64,000 nt of DNA from Octopus bimaculoides (lineage: Eukaryota): positions 43,194,982 through 43,258,981 of the forward strand of contig NC_068981.1 of assembly GCF_001194135.2 (NCBI RefSeq), given 5' to 3'. The notes below the pieces were generated by a model. That model was not told the origin of the DNA. It did not search any database and saw only the letters and a program-made list of their open reading frames with translations. A program made the translations under genes and the position numbers. This document shows, piece by piece, positions 24,515 through 38,321 of the stretch; position 1 is the first letter of the stretch, and the number at the start of each line of letters is the position of its first letter.

Positions 24515-27288
24515 GATTCTAACAAAAGCTTAAAACTAAAGTACAAAAACGTATGGTGTATATGGCATGGTTAATTGAATTGATCTGTGTAGATTACTGG
24601 AATATTCTTATGAGAGTCAAATACTAGTCTCTTTTGTTTTTTAAACATATAGTTGGGAAGGAAACAATAGTGCCTATGATTGTTTATCCTTTTAGAGCCT
24701 CCATGATTGAAGAGAGAAATGTATTCTCGAAATAGATACTTGGCCCAGATGATTGCTATGCAGTGAAAACTCTACAAAAGTACTTGAGGACCAAGTGGGG
24801 CTATTAAACCAAACACAGATTTTAATGTTAAGATCTTAAGGATCAATGCATAATTTTAAATTAGCAATATGTTGAGAAATAAATCTTATCCTGAATAGGG
24901 TACCAGACAATCTTAGATATCATAGTTCAGATAGTCATCAAACTAGCCTTTATAGCTATGTTAATGTAATAAACTTTGTCAGCCAGGATAGTATGTAAGA
25001 GATGATTTTCTTTTTTTCTTCTTCTCTGGTCTTTATTCCTGAGACAGCCATGATCATACAAATCTATGATCAAACGACATTCTGTTAATGATTATCCTGT
25101 TCATCATGCACATTAGATAGCATTATCTAATGTGCCTTTCATTTCTAAGACAGTAGGTGTAATTTGGAAGAATTGACTTCTATTTCAAGCAGATCAGTGA
25201 CTTGCAGAAGTAAATTTCTTCAATGAGAAAGTAGAAATACAGTAACATATATATTTGGTGATTTCAGCTCACAAATGGCAAGGTCAAAGACAAATCTACA
25301 GAAACTAGTTTGTTATCAGGTTGAGTAAACAATTCAGCAATGATTGGTTAACAAGTATCAAATTAAAGATATAACATGGAGATACAAATTGCTAAAAATT
25401 ATCAGTGAATATCCAAAACATCTTTGAACTCAGTCTGGTAGTTTCTGCTGTTACTATTTTTATTTAACTCTTGATCAAACATTATTTGACTTATCGTCAA
25501 AGGTCTTCCAACCATAAAAATCTTGTCTTCAATGTAGTCCTAGACTACATTATCTAATGTATATCGATACAGACATTGCTACATGGTTATCAAGATCACT
25601 TTGCAACGATGTACTTTCAGCTTCAGTTGTATTGCATGGTGTATTGAGCAATGTCTTCTACCAACGTTTTGGGAGTGAAATTGGTAGGTGGAAACTTACA
25701 GAAGCCAGTTACATACATGCATACATACATACATACATACATACATACATACATACACACACACATACATGCCTGTATGCATCCATACATACATGCATGT
25801 ACATTTATATATACATGCATACGTACATGTATACATATGCACATGTGTATATATGCATGCAAGTATATATGTGTAAATGTTGATTCTGTGTGTGCTTATT
25901 AACACCATTTGATTAAAACGGTGACATTGTTTCATATTTTCTAATAAACAAATGTCTGATAGTTCAGCAAGCAGGTGTAGACCAGTGGAATGAAAATTGT
26001 CTTATTTGAAACACAAGAAGCAGTTGCTGACAGGAAGAACATCTGACCACAGAACATTTGCTTCAGTATGTTTCATCTAACCCATGCCAGTATAAGAAAT
26101 TAGTCATAAAAATGATGGTGATAATAGCACACTTGTTTTTATTAGTGACTCTTGTTGCTTAAATCTAGTTAATTTCTGAATGACATTCAGTTAATGGTTT
26201 CTAGCTATGACCTACACAATTACATATTTTTTTTATCATTTCTTAAGCAGAGGAGGAGAACAGCATGCATGGTTCTTTACAAAGCCTTTATGACCCATGG
26301 AAGGAAGAAGGAAGTTATCCTCAAACTGCAAACTCAGCCCTAACATTTGAAACAGAATGAACTGTGTTGAAGGCACTACCTTCTCTAGAACTATATTATC
26401 ATGGTTAAACATTTCTTTTTACCTCTTGAAGATGATAGTGCATAATTTGAGGAAGATTTGATACTGTTTTTTGGCAAGTAGAGCAAACATATAGAGGATC
26501 TGTCTTTGCATTATTCATTTGTTATTGTTGTTGAAGTTAAAAATAAAAATTACTGCTGTCAAATTTATGTTAAATTTCTTTGATAAGCTGTCAAATTCTA
26601 TCAGTTTCTTAATTCTCTACTTCTCTTTCTGTTCATATTGTCAACTTAAGGGACATTAAAAATGCAATAATTTTCCCCATTCTTTCAATGATGTGCTACA
26701 TTATATTAGTTGCATAATTTAGATAAATTTCAACCTTATATTTATACATGAAAGACTACTTAAATATTTCCTGTTCAGTTTCTCAAAACTTTAATTAAAA
26801 CTCAACAAAGAAGATATCAAAATTCACATATTTTGTCTGGCAGTAAGCAGTTAAAAGAAGAGGGACCATTAATTTGATTACTAATCATATAAACAATCAT
26901 CATTTTCAACAATAGAAATAAGAATAATAACACAGATGGAAAAAATCACCTAAACATTCAATATTAATTTTGGCTATTTCTGAGGAGAAGAATAATAATA
27001 TGAAACACAAACTAATAAACTAACAAACAAAATTACAACTTTCTACCAATATATTTCATTTTGTTTCCTTCCTTTTGAAAATTCATTCTAGCCAAAACTG
27101 AAATCATTTTTAATACTAAGTCAGATCATTATCTGAATATCTATCAAAAATAGTAATTAACATATCTAACTAAATTTAGAATCTGAGAAACATCATAAAT
27201 TAAAAATAAGCTACTTTGAAGTATAGAAATAAGAGAAATAGCAACAACAATTTGTTGCAAGAGAAAGAAAGGGAAAGAGAGAGAGAGG

Positions 27289-27350
<62 letters not shown>

Positions 27351-27462
27351 GAGAGAGAGAGAGAGCATGGAGAAGAAGAAAGTGTATTTTGAAGAATAAG
27401 AACTATTTACTGAGATTAATTCTTAATACTTGTGTATGCATGCGTGTATATGTGCATGTATG

Positions 27463-27493
<31 letters not shown>

Positions 27494-28342
27494 GTATGTA
27501 TGTACGTACATACGTACATATGTATGTAGGTATGTATGTATGTATGTATGTATGTATGTATGTATCTATATATGTATGGATGTATATATGTATATATGTA
27601 TGTGTATGTATGTATATATGTGTATACACACACACACACACACACATGTAGAAAAGATGTAGATAGGGATAAGCATAGCAGTTTTATTAAAGAGTTTCCT
27701 TCCCAGGCATATAGTTTTGGGTTCAATCCTACTGTGTGGCAGCTTGGGAAAAAGTCTTCTATTTAAGCCCCAACTCAAACAAAGCTTTGTGAGTGGATCC
27801 AAACTGAATGAAGCCCNNNNNNNNNNNNNNNNNNNNNNNNNNNNNNNNNNNNNNNNNNNNNNNNNNNNNNNNNNNNNNNNNNNNNNNNNNNNNNNNNNNN
27901 NNNNNNNNNNNNNNNNNNNNNNNNNNNNNNNNNNNNNNNNNNNNNNNNNNNNNNNNNNNNNNNNNNNNNNNNNNNNNNNNNNNNNNNNNNNNNNNNNNNN
28001 NNNNNNNNNNNNNNNNNNNNNNNNNNNNNNNNNNNNNNNNNNNNNNNNNNNNNNNNNNNNNNNNNNNNNNNNNNNNNNNNNNNNNNNNNNNNNNNNNNNN
28101 NNNNNNNNNNNNNNNNNNNNNNNNNNNNNNNNNNNNNNNNNNNNNNNNNNNNNNNNNNNNNNNNNNNNNNNNNNNNNNNNNNNNNNNNNNNNNNNNNNNN
28201 NNNNNTAAAGATGTTATAGTCGCAGTTCCTTTATCCAAGGCAAGTGGTGTGAAGAAGTGAAGTGTAGACACGCTTCTTGTCCATGGTATGTAAATTCCGA
28301 TAAGAGTTCATATTTTGTCATCACAAATGGAAAGTGCAGAGA

Positions 28343-28344
<2 letters not shown>

Positions 28345-28374
<30 letters not shown>

Positions 28375-29190
28375 GCATCCTCATCATCATCATCGTTTAA
28401 CGTCCGCTTTCCATGCTAGCATGGGTTGGACGATTTGACTGCGGACTGGTGAAACTGGATGGCAACACCAGACTCCAATCTGATTTGGCAGAGTTTCTAC
28501 AGCTGGATGCCCTTCCTAATGTCAACCACTCCGAGAGTGTAGTAGGTGCTTTGTATGTGCCACCAGCATGAGAGTCAGTCAGGCGATTCTGGCAACGATC
28601 ATGCTCAAAAGGGGTTTTTACATGCTATCTGCATGGGAGCCAGTCCGGCAGCACTGTCAACGACCATACTCGAATGTTGTTTTTCACGTGCTATCGGCAC
28701 ATGTGCTGGTAAGGCGACATGTGCTGGCAATGATCACACTTGAATAGTGCTTTTTATGTACCACCAGCATGGGAGCCAATCAGTGGCCCTGGCAATGATC
28801 ATGCTTGGATATGCTTTTAATGTTCCACTGGCATGATTGCCAATCAGGCGGTACTCTCATCGGCCACATCAGCGATTTTGAATTTGATTTCATTTGCCTC
28901 AATAGGTCTTCGCAAACAAAGTTTATTGTCCAATGAATGAGAGATACTCATAAGTGGGCTGGTTACACCCTCTGGCATAGGCCATGAATTATGGTCTCAT
29001 TTGGCTTGTCAGGTCATCTCAAGCACAGTATATCTCCAAAAGTCTCGGTCACTAGTCATTGCCTTGGTAAGGCTCAATGTTCGAAAGTCATGCTTCACCA
29101 CCTCATCCCAGGTCTTCCTGGGTCTACCTCTTCTACTTTTTCACACAGCTGTCCCCATTCATTCACAATGCATGACCATACCAGCGCAGT
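28345..29190 (-). mobile_element. RTE LINE 3' end (young tail, modular UTR, RT C-terminus)
   Basis: (CAT)n cgtttaacgtccgctttccatgctagcatggg. The minus strand near 29100 encodes GRPRKTWDEVVKHDFRTL. Confidence 0.88.
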
Positions 29191-29191
29191 C

Positions 29192-29234
<43 letters not shown>

Positions 29235-29237
<3 letters not shown>

Positions 29238-29404
29238 GGTGTGGTGAATAAACTGTTGTCTAAATTACGCAAAAATGAAAACAGCACTGACATCTCATTT
29301 TAACAGATATATTTACTAAAATTACATAAAAATATCTTGAAATNNNNNNNNNNTCACACAGCTGTCCCCATTCATTCACAATGCATGACCATACCAGCGC
29401 AGTC

Positions 29405-29450
<46 letters not shown>

Positions 29451-30250
29451 GGTGTGGTGAATAAACTGTTGTCTAAATTACGCAAAAATGAAAACAGCAC
29501 TGACATCTCATTTTAACAGATATATTTACTAAAATTACATAAAAATATCTTGAAATACTAAAGAGTAAATTTATTCAATAAAATCACCATTGGCTTCAAC
29601 CACGGCCTCCAGACGACTTCTAAATCTTCTGTGACTCTCTCAGACAGTCTCCTTCTTTAAGTTGGTGAATGTTGCCATAATCCTTATATTCAGTTCATCT
29701 TTGATGTTACAAGGAGTTTTGTTGGTCTCTTGCTCAACTGTGCCCCACACATAATAATCAGCGGGGTTACAGTCTGGGGAGTTATGTGGCCAGATGTTAG
29801 GGGTGAAGTGGTCGCAGAAATTGTCTGACAGCCATGACTGGGTTTTCCTGCTTGTGTGGCAGGGTGCAGAGTCTTGTTGCCAGACATAGGGTCTTCCAGC
29901 AACCACCCTCTACATGCAGGGCAGTACTACCTCCTCCAGGCACCTGATGTAGGCCTCTGTGTTGAATGTGAGGCCATGTGAGAAGATGAATGGTGGCATA
30001 ACATCGTCATCACTAGTGATTACTCCAAACACCATAATGTTGACCGGATGTTTTATTTTTATCACTCTTGGTACATGCACTGTCCTCATATTGACACCCA
30101 AACACTCTGAACTGTTTGTATTGGAGCTTCTGGCACAAATGCCAAGCAATACAGCATGTTGTTTCCATATTTCTGGCAGAATGAATTGTGTCATAGCACT
30201 GTTTTTCTCACAGATGGTACCCAACTGACCCTACTATACTGTGTAGTCAA
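29235..30250 (-). mobile_element. maT-like Tc1/mariner non-autonomous derivative
   Basis: The TIR cagggtgtggtgaataaactgttgtc follows (TA)20. The minus strand reads KHPVNIMVFGVITSDDDVMPP and YVWQQDSAPCHTSRKTQSWL...WPHNSPDCNPADYYVWG. Confidence 0.9.
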
Positions 30251-30599
30251 CAAAATGGCAGGCAGACGGCAAATGATGACGATGATGATGATGATGTGTC
30301 TATGTGTATCCTATTGTCTTCATGATTCCAAAAAATGAGCATCATCATCGTATTAGTGACGTTTTTCATTTCCATTCATCTGTGAAAAACATGTCTGACC
30401 ATGGGGAGATATTACTTCGCTTGGAAACTGCTAAGGCTTGGTAAAAGGAAGGGCTTCATGCCATAGAAAAATCTGCCTGATTTGGAATTGTAGTCTTCTG
30501 GTACCTCATGAAAAATCTGCCTGATTTGGAATTGTAGTCTTCTGGTACCTCACGAAATTGGTCTTAAAAATAAACAAAAATAGAAAGAAAGAAAAAATA

Positions 30600-30965
30600 T
30601 ATATGGTTCCAGGTTTAGTCCCACAGTGTCTTATACCATAGCCTTGGGCCAATCAAAGCCTTGTGAGCATATTTGGTTGATGGAAACTGAAAGAAGCCTG
30701 TTGTACATGCATGTGTTTTTGTGTGTGTATGTGTGTGTATGTCTTTGTGTCTGTTTGCCTTCACTACCACTTGACAACCAGTGTTGGTGTGTTTACGTAC
30801 GTCCCTGTAACTTAGCAGTTTGGCAAAAGGAGACTGATAGAATAAGGACCGGCTTAAAAAAATTAAGTACTTGGGTCAATTTATTTGACTAAAAGTTCTT
30901 CATGGCAGTGCCCCAGCATGGCTGCAGTCTAATACTTGAAATGAATAAAAGACAAAAGAAAGAAA
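30600..30965 (+). mobile_element. CORE-type tRNA SINE
   Basis: It is a paralog of 10880-11305. Confidence 0.8.
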
Positions 30966-31149
30966 GAAACACCACAAAAATGAACAACTTAACTGATATT
31001 GTATAATTCTTTAAACACTCAAATGATATCTATTTTGGTATTTGTGATACTTATGACAAACTTAGCAAAATGGATTACCTGTGTTAATATGGGTAGAACG
31101 AATGAGTCATAAAATCTTTGTCAAACAAAGAGAACCTGTTTGTTTATTT

Positions 31150-32307
31150 TGTTTTTCTGGAAAAGACATCAATGAATCAGCTAATTGTACATTGGTTAAG
31201 GAAGGAAAATAGAATTGATAAGAGAATAAATTACTCAGAAATGCAATTTGCATGAAAAGCAAAAGTCAAGTCAATGTAAACATGGTTAGCATGGCTGTCT
31301 GGATTATAATAGATGTGAGGTTCAAGTTCCATGGATTGTTCTATGTACATTCTTTGTTTGTAATCATCAAACTTTCAAAAACTTTACAAACATCATTGAC
31401 AGGGAGGATAAACTTGATGTTAGAGACTTTTGGTAAAAGTTCAATTCAGCTGGTACGATGGATAATGTAGTTATGTCATGGGATGAAATGAAATCCTCAG
31501 CTTTGAATGATGTTTGGAAAAATATTTGACCAGACTATGTCAGAGACTTGACAAGTTTTGAACAAGCAGAAAGTCTATATCAAATTTGGAAACATATTGT
31601 AAATGACACTTGTAAATGATATAGTGTCTGACACAGAGGATGATGTAGTTCAGTTACTTTTGTCCATAGAGAAAATTTATCTCAGTAAAAGCTGTTAGAA
31701 CAGAAGCTGAGAATACAAATAATAATATGGAAATTTCACCAACCCTGCTTAAACTGATTGCAATGAAGGTCTTATAGAGGAAGGTCTGCAAGGTTTTTCT
31801 GATAACAACTCTAACTGTGAATATAGTATAAAAATTACAAAAAAAAAAAAAATGCAATGAGCTCAGTTCCTACACTGAGCTGTACAAAGAGATGATGCAC
31901 TATAAACATCAAACAATTTTGGTTAAGTTCTTTGCCTCTCAAGAATATGTTGATGATGATATAGAAAAGAGTGCTCCTCCCCCCAGTACCTCTCATCTCC
32001 CCACTACCACCATCCCACACACAGTAGTCAATATATTTTGTTGTAAGAATGTACTCAATTATGATATGATTCTTATTTATTCTCTAAATTTATTTCTCAT
32101 CAAATGTTTTTATGCTAACATATTGTATTGTGTGTGATGTAGTTGTGTTGCTTTTTTTTGTTGTTGTTTTCTGAAAAACATCCGTCAGAACACATTATTA
32201 CTTTATAACATGGAAATCAATGGGAAAATTAATTTCACATTATGGGATTTCATGTTGCACTAAGTTTTTTAAAAATGCATTACTTCCATAATGCAGGGGA
32301 TTCTTGT
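31150..32307 (+). mobile_element. Tigger/pogo transposon relic (most of the DDE domain missing)
   Basis: A CENP-B-HTH-like MNQLIVHWLRKENR is followed by DFW*KFN...MSWDEMKSSALNDVWKNI*PDYVRDL and ELYKEMMHYKHQTILVKFF. A Tigger-like terminus ggggattcttg-TA ends near 32307. Confidence 0.7.
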
Positions 32308-32543
32308 ATGTGTGTATATATATATGTGTGTGTGTGTGTGCGTGTGCATATATACATACATTTACATGCACCTGCACACCGACACACATGCACCCCTATA
32401 TCATCAATATCATATATATATCATCATATATATGAGTGTATATGTTTGTGTGTGTGTCATCATCATCATTAAATGATGATGATGACAGTATGTGTGCACA
32501 CACACAAACATCCATTCACATACATGCATATGCACACAACCCA

Positions 32544-32595
<52 letters not shown>

Positions 32596-34000
32596 TATGT
32601 GTGTTTGTGTGTATGTGTGTTTATACATATACATATGTATGCATATATGTATACATATATATGTGTATATGTATGTATGTATGTATGTATGTATGAATTA
32701 TATGACTAAAGAGAAGCAACAGAAGACAGAGAAATAAGTTAAGAATAAAAGATAGTAAGGAGAAAATGAGAAAAAGAGTGAGAGAGACCGATAATTCTGT
32801 AGAAATTCACTTTACAATTAAATGATTTTAGCTCCAATCAAAATGTGTGGCACCTTGGATTATCATCTACAACCATAACCCAAAATTCATTGAAGTCTTG
32901 TGTCTGCTAGTAGGTAGTCAGAATCTATATGGAAGCCCAAGGAATTGAGTAAACATGTTCTTTGTACACCTGACAGATAACTTCTTTTAATACACTCACA
33001 TATCATGAAATTACTCTGTTGCAAGAATTTGGACTAGTTTTCTAGTCTGAAGGTAACTTGATGTCTTGAATTAGATACTTCTTGTAGTAGCCACCTACAG
33101 TCTTGGAGGTTCTGCAAAAATGTCACAAGAGCTGACCTTCATCCTATGATTATTCCATAAAAAAAAACTATGATGGATTATATATAGTTGTCCATGCTTT
33201 GATGAAGATCCTGTCACCACCGTCACTACCTACATTTTCTGTTGATATTGTATTAAGTCTTTTGTTATAGCAATGTTGCGTAACTCAGTCTCTTTCTCTC
33301 TCTCCTGTAATGAGAAAATATATTCCATCATATGATAAAAGAAATCTAGAAAAACAAAACTGAAACAAAATATACAAAAGTAAACCCACAAAAAATAGGA
33401 AATGAATGGAAAGTAAATAGAAATACAAGGGAAATATAATATTTATCATCCAAAATGGTAGAAATTACATCAGAGAAACCAATTATAGAGGAAATTGTAT
33501 CAAAATCTTCACATTTTCCATCTAAATATGTACACAATCATAATAGCCAAACTATAAAGACAAGTTAGAATACAGTGTTGAACATTGACAGGCAAGAAAG
33601 TGTAGGGAGTAAATACATAAAGAGTGCACACACGTGTGTCTGTATGCATAATATCATATGTATACATACATTCACACACACAAATATATATGTGTGTGTA
33701 TACACATGCTCTTGAATACATACATACACTTGTATATGTGTGTATACACAAATACACACACCTATGAAGGAAATGACAGAGAATTGCAAGAAATGGCGAG
33801 ACTGTGTGCTATAGAAAACCCATCTAGCCATAAAAATGATTTGTGTAAACACATGCATTTTTGTGTGTATATGGGGATTATTTGTGAGTTTGCATTTCTG
33901 TGTGTGTGAGTGTGTGCGTGTGTGCATGTGCCTGTGCATGTGCGTGAGTGTGTGTGTGTATGTGCAAAGAGTGATACATACGCACATGGAAAAGAGAAAG

Positions 34001-34055
<55 letters not shown>

Positions 34056-34159
34056 AAGAGAGAGAGAGTGGGGTACACAGTAATGTTAGAAAATACACAT
34101 TTACATTATTGCATGAGATAATAATGTGAATAAGTACTTGATCCTTAATATGTATATAC

Positions 34160-34164
<5 letters not shown>

Positions 34165-34228
<64 letters not shown>

Positions 34229-34234
34229 CTAGTA

Positions 34235-34266
<32 letters not shown>

Positions 34267-34271
34267 AATAC

Positions 34272-34313
<42 letters not shown>

Positions 34314-34320
34314 TAATAAT
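34165..34320. repeat. Compound trinucleotide microsatellite (AAT)n-(GAT)n-(AAT)n
   Basis: Directly visible. It is the source of the poly-N/D/I/M pseudo-ORFs. Confidence 0.95.
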
Positions 34321-35109
34321 ACACTGCACTTTGGGCTTGTGTATAATCAATTATTTCTTCAGGTGTTGCTGTGGTATTTTTGTCAGAAAAGGTGTTGCTT
34401 TTTATGTTACTGCTTTGTATTTTGCTTGCCTGCGGACATACAGTTTAAGTGTTAGGTTTGAGTGTACAATAATACTATTGAAGAGAATTGAAGAGCCTTT
34501 TATGCCTTAGGGTTTCTTCTATTCTCTGTTTATTGATGGTTCGTTTTGAAAGTGTTTATCTATTTTTTTTTTTATTATTTGTTATTTTCCATTATTTAAC
34601 ATTTTCATTCTGGGTATGCATAGGAATAAGCATTGTTCATTAAACACACCCCAATTTTTTCAATGAGATTCTGCAGGTAACTGGATTGTTATTATTATTA
34701 TTATTGTTGTTGTTGTTGTTGTTGTTGTTAAGTTTCTGGAGCGGCAATAGTTGTGTTGGAGTTTTATTGTCGCCTACATCATTCTAGGAATTTGGTTAGA
34801 AGAGAAATCTCATTTTGTGTTTTTTTGTTTTTATGTATTTGAAAATATCTACTGTTGTTGATATTGTTGGTGGTGTTTAAGCCTAAGGTAATGCCGTTCA
34901 AGCAGAAATATGATCAAAAGCATTCTAGTCATGTCCATCCCATTTTGTATTTCCTAAGCAAAGTATCTAAAGACTACATTTTTAATGTGTCATTCTTCTA
35001 ATATGTGTACACAACACATGCATGTACATGTACATACATACAAACACACACAAACATAAAAACATACATACACAGAGACACAGAGATACACACAGACACA
35101 CACATACAT

Positions 35110-35154
<45 letters not shown>

Positions 35155-35164
35155 NNNNNNNNNN

Positions 35165-35195
<31 letters not shown>

Positions 35196-35640
35196 AATAT
35201 ATATATGTATATAAATTTTTGTATACACATACGTACATGCAGTATACAATACATACATACACATATATAGGCCACTGTCTTGTAACATAGCTCTAGGCTG
35301 ACCAAAAACGTGTGAGTAGATTTGGAAGATGGAACTTGAAAGAAGCTCATCCTCATCATCTTCCCACCCCTCTTCATCTTCTTTGTTTAATGCCCAATAT
35401 TTCATGTTGGCATTACTTGGACTGTTTAACAGGATCTGATGTGTCCAGGGACTGAATTGTACTCTAATGTCTGCTTTGGGACAGTTTCTTCAGCTTTTAT
35501 CAAAAATCAATGTTTGACAAACAATCCAGCCTGATGCCTGTTTTGAGAATAAATTCCTCTTTTATTACCACTCACTTGGTAGATTTTGGTAAAAGAAGTC
35601 ATGTGTGTGGGGTCTGCTTTCCCTTCCCGATTATGTGTGT

Positions 35641-35673
<33 letters not shown>

Positions 35674-35789
35674 TGAGAAACTGAGAGAGAGAGAGAAGAG
35701 GGAAAGTGTGTGTGTGTGTGTGTGTGTATTTGGTAATAAGTAGGTATATGTGTGTGCATACATTGTCATATTCATGTCTTTTATGTCTC

Positions 35790-36340
35790 ATCTCTACTGT
35801 ATCAATCCCTAACAACTTGGCACTCACTTAACAAAAACCTTTGTCATGCCAAGTTCATTGTGCAGAATATTCTCAATTCTCTCACAGGATATGCTAATAG
35901 TATTGGTCATTTGATTTATAGTCAGTTGTCTGTCATCTATCACCATGTGGTGAACACAATCAATGTTTGCTTTGGTGGTGATAGTTACAGGATGTCCAGA
36001 CTATCTGTTCCCCTCCTACATCCAGCTGCCTACTTTTGCACTGTTGATAAAGTTGGAGCATCATCCCCTAATGTAACAACCACATCAGCATGATTGTCCT
36101 TGGTGGCTAAACTCTTTTTCTGCAAGTACTTGTTTGATAACACCATGATGCCAAATTTTATTAATTTTCAAGAAAAGTCACTACTAGTTACTTTTGAAGA
36201 ACTCTTTGAACAGTCAGACATCAATTTACCTGGAAAGAAACAATGAAGTTATTAATAAGAACAGTTGAAAATAATACATGCAAGATTTCACAGCTCTAGC
36301 ATCAGTCCTTGGCCTATAAACTTTTCAGCTCACCCTCATT
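35790..36340 (-). mobile_element. Mariner relic, 5' half
   Basis: The minus strand reads KYLQKKSLATKDNHADVVVTLGDDAPTLSTVQK*AAG and, after frameshifts, DDRQLTINQMTNTISISCERIENILHNELGMTKV. A TIR-like aacttttcagctcaccctc is near 36320. Confidence 0.8.
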
Positions 36341-36369
36341 TAATATCCAAATTCAAATATACATCTATA

Positions 36370-36935
36370 TACTGAAAAAGATATGGGTTGTGAAGACCCC
36401 CTGCTTGCGAAGACCTGTTGAGGCAAGTGAAATCGAAATTGAAATCGAAATTGATCCAAATTCAATGACTGGCACCCATGCCAACCTTCCTTCATTGGAC
36501 ACTAAACTCAGCTTACGAAGACCTGTTGGGCAAGTGAGATCGATCAAAACTGAACCAAATTCGATGACTGGCACCCGTGCCACTGGAGCGCTAACAGCAC
36601 CATCCGAGTGGATTCACTGCTAGAGTAGCGGTCTCGCTTCCGTGCTGGTGGCACATAAAAAGCACCATTTGAGCGCGATCATTTCCAGCTTCGCCTTACT
36701 GGCACTTATGCCAGTGGCATGTAAAAAACACCATTTGAGTGTGGCTGTTGCCAGTACCGCTGGACTGGCCCCCATGCCAGTGACATGTAGAAAACACCCA
36801 CTACACTCTCGGGTATCCAGCTGTAGAAACTCTGCCAGATCAGATTGGAGTCTGGTGTAGCCATGTGGTTCGCCAGTCCCCAGTCAAATCGTCCAACCCA
36901 TGCTAGCATGGAAAGAGGACATTAAATGATGATGA

Positions 36936-36940
<5 letters not shown>
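36370..36940 (+). mobile_element. RTE LINE 3' UTR with duplicated modules and (GAT)n tail
   Basis: Two gaagacctgttg(a/g)g(g)caagtga modules precede the standard tail. Confidence 0.85.
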
Positions 36941-36970
<30 letters not shown>

Positions 36971-38028
36971 NNNNNNNNNNNNNNNNNNNNNNNNNNNNNT
37001 ATGATATATTTATATATAGATATGCAGGGCAGGGAGTATTATGTACTCTTAACTGTGAAACAATTGTACTGAATTAACTAAAGGCGAGTGTTTTTTACTC
37101 TTCTCTATTGTTTTTTGTTCTGTGTGTATCAAAAATATCGCTATCAATCTGGAGTAATAATTTGTAGTTTTGAAATCAGTAGTTCTTTGACTGCTATTTC
37201 TGAATTCTCAGTATGTTGGAGAAGCAGGTTACTGTCAATCCCTATATATTTATGATATATTTATATATATATATAGATATATATATATCTATATATATAT
37301 GCATATATACATGCATACAGAATAAAGGCACACATACATGTACGCATATGCAAACTTACAAATACATATATATAAATACATACAAATCATATATATATAA
37401 ATATTTTAATAGGACAAATATGTATACACGATCACATAGAAGTAAATGGATATAAACATATAGCCAGTCCATAATGCTATCAAGTAAACACTTCAATTAG
37501 ATTGAATCTGCCAAACTGGATTATGAAAGTAAATTTAATGAATCATACGTAATATTAATATAATTGAAGGTAACATTTATATGGTTATGCATTACATTCA
37601 AGAGACCAAGCAATTTTACATTCAATACTTCTAATAAACTGACTTTTTATGGTTTATATATTGCTCATGAAATAATTTCATCGATGAGATTTCCTGGATC
37701 TCACCTGCATAAAACTCTGCATTATACTCTTCTGTAGAAAATTATTATGAGGTTTGCTAGCCAGGTCTACTAGAGGAGCTTTCTGTGATAGCCACATGGT
37801 TCTATGAATCCATATACTACACTATAATTTTACACACACACACACACACATATCATCATAATCATCCTCATCATTTAGTGTCTATTTCTATGCTGGCAAA
37901 GATTAGATGGTTTGACTGGAACTGTTAAGCTGGAGAGTATGGCTGGATGCCCTTCCTAATGCCAACCACTCCAAGAGTGTAGTGGGTGACTTTTATATAT
38001 CACTGGCATGGTTGCCTTTTACATGCCA

Positions 38029-38074
<46 letters not shown>

Positions 38075-38321
38075 NNNNNNNNNNNNNNNNNNNNNNNNNN
38101 NNNNNNNNNNNNNNNNNNNNNNNNNNNNNNNNNNNNNNNNNNNNNNNNNNNNNNNNNNNNNNNNNNNNNNNNNNNNNNNNNNNNNNNNNNNNNNNNNNNN
38201 NNNNNNNNNNNNNNNNNNNNNNNNNNNNNNNNNNNNNNNNNNNNNNNNNNNNNNNNNNNNNNNNNNNNNNNTATATAAGCAATGAGGATAAGCAAATTAG
38301 ACACATCAAATATATAAATAT

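Noticed and set aside
29141-29556. Exact ~203-bp direct duplication including a mariner TIR and (TA)20
   Set aside because: The copies are identical and separated only by a 10-N gap, which is typical of an unmerged contig overlap.
30465-30553. Two ~44-bp direct repeats (also 2377-2464) as a possible CRISPR-like array
   Set aside because: There are only two adjacent units with no unique spacers, in a eukaryotic context. These are simple slippage duplications.
35752-36093. 113-aa plus-strand ORF
   Set aside because: It is the antisense shadow of a mariner transposase relic on the minus strand.
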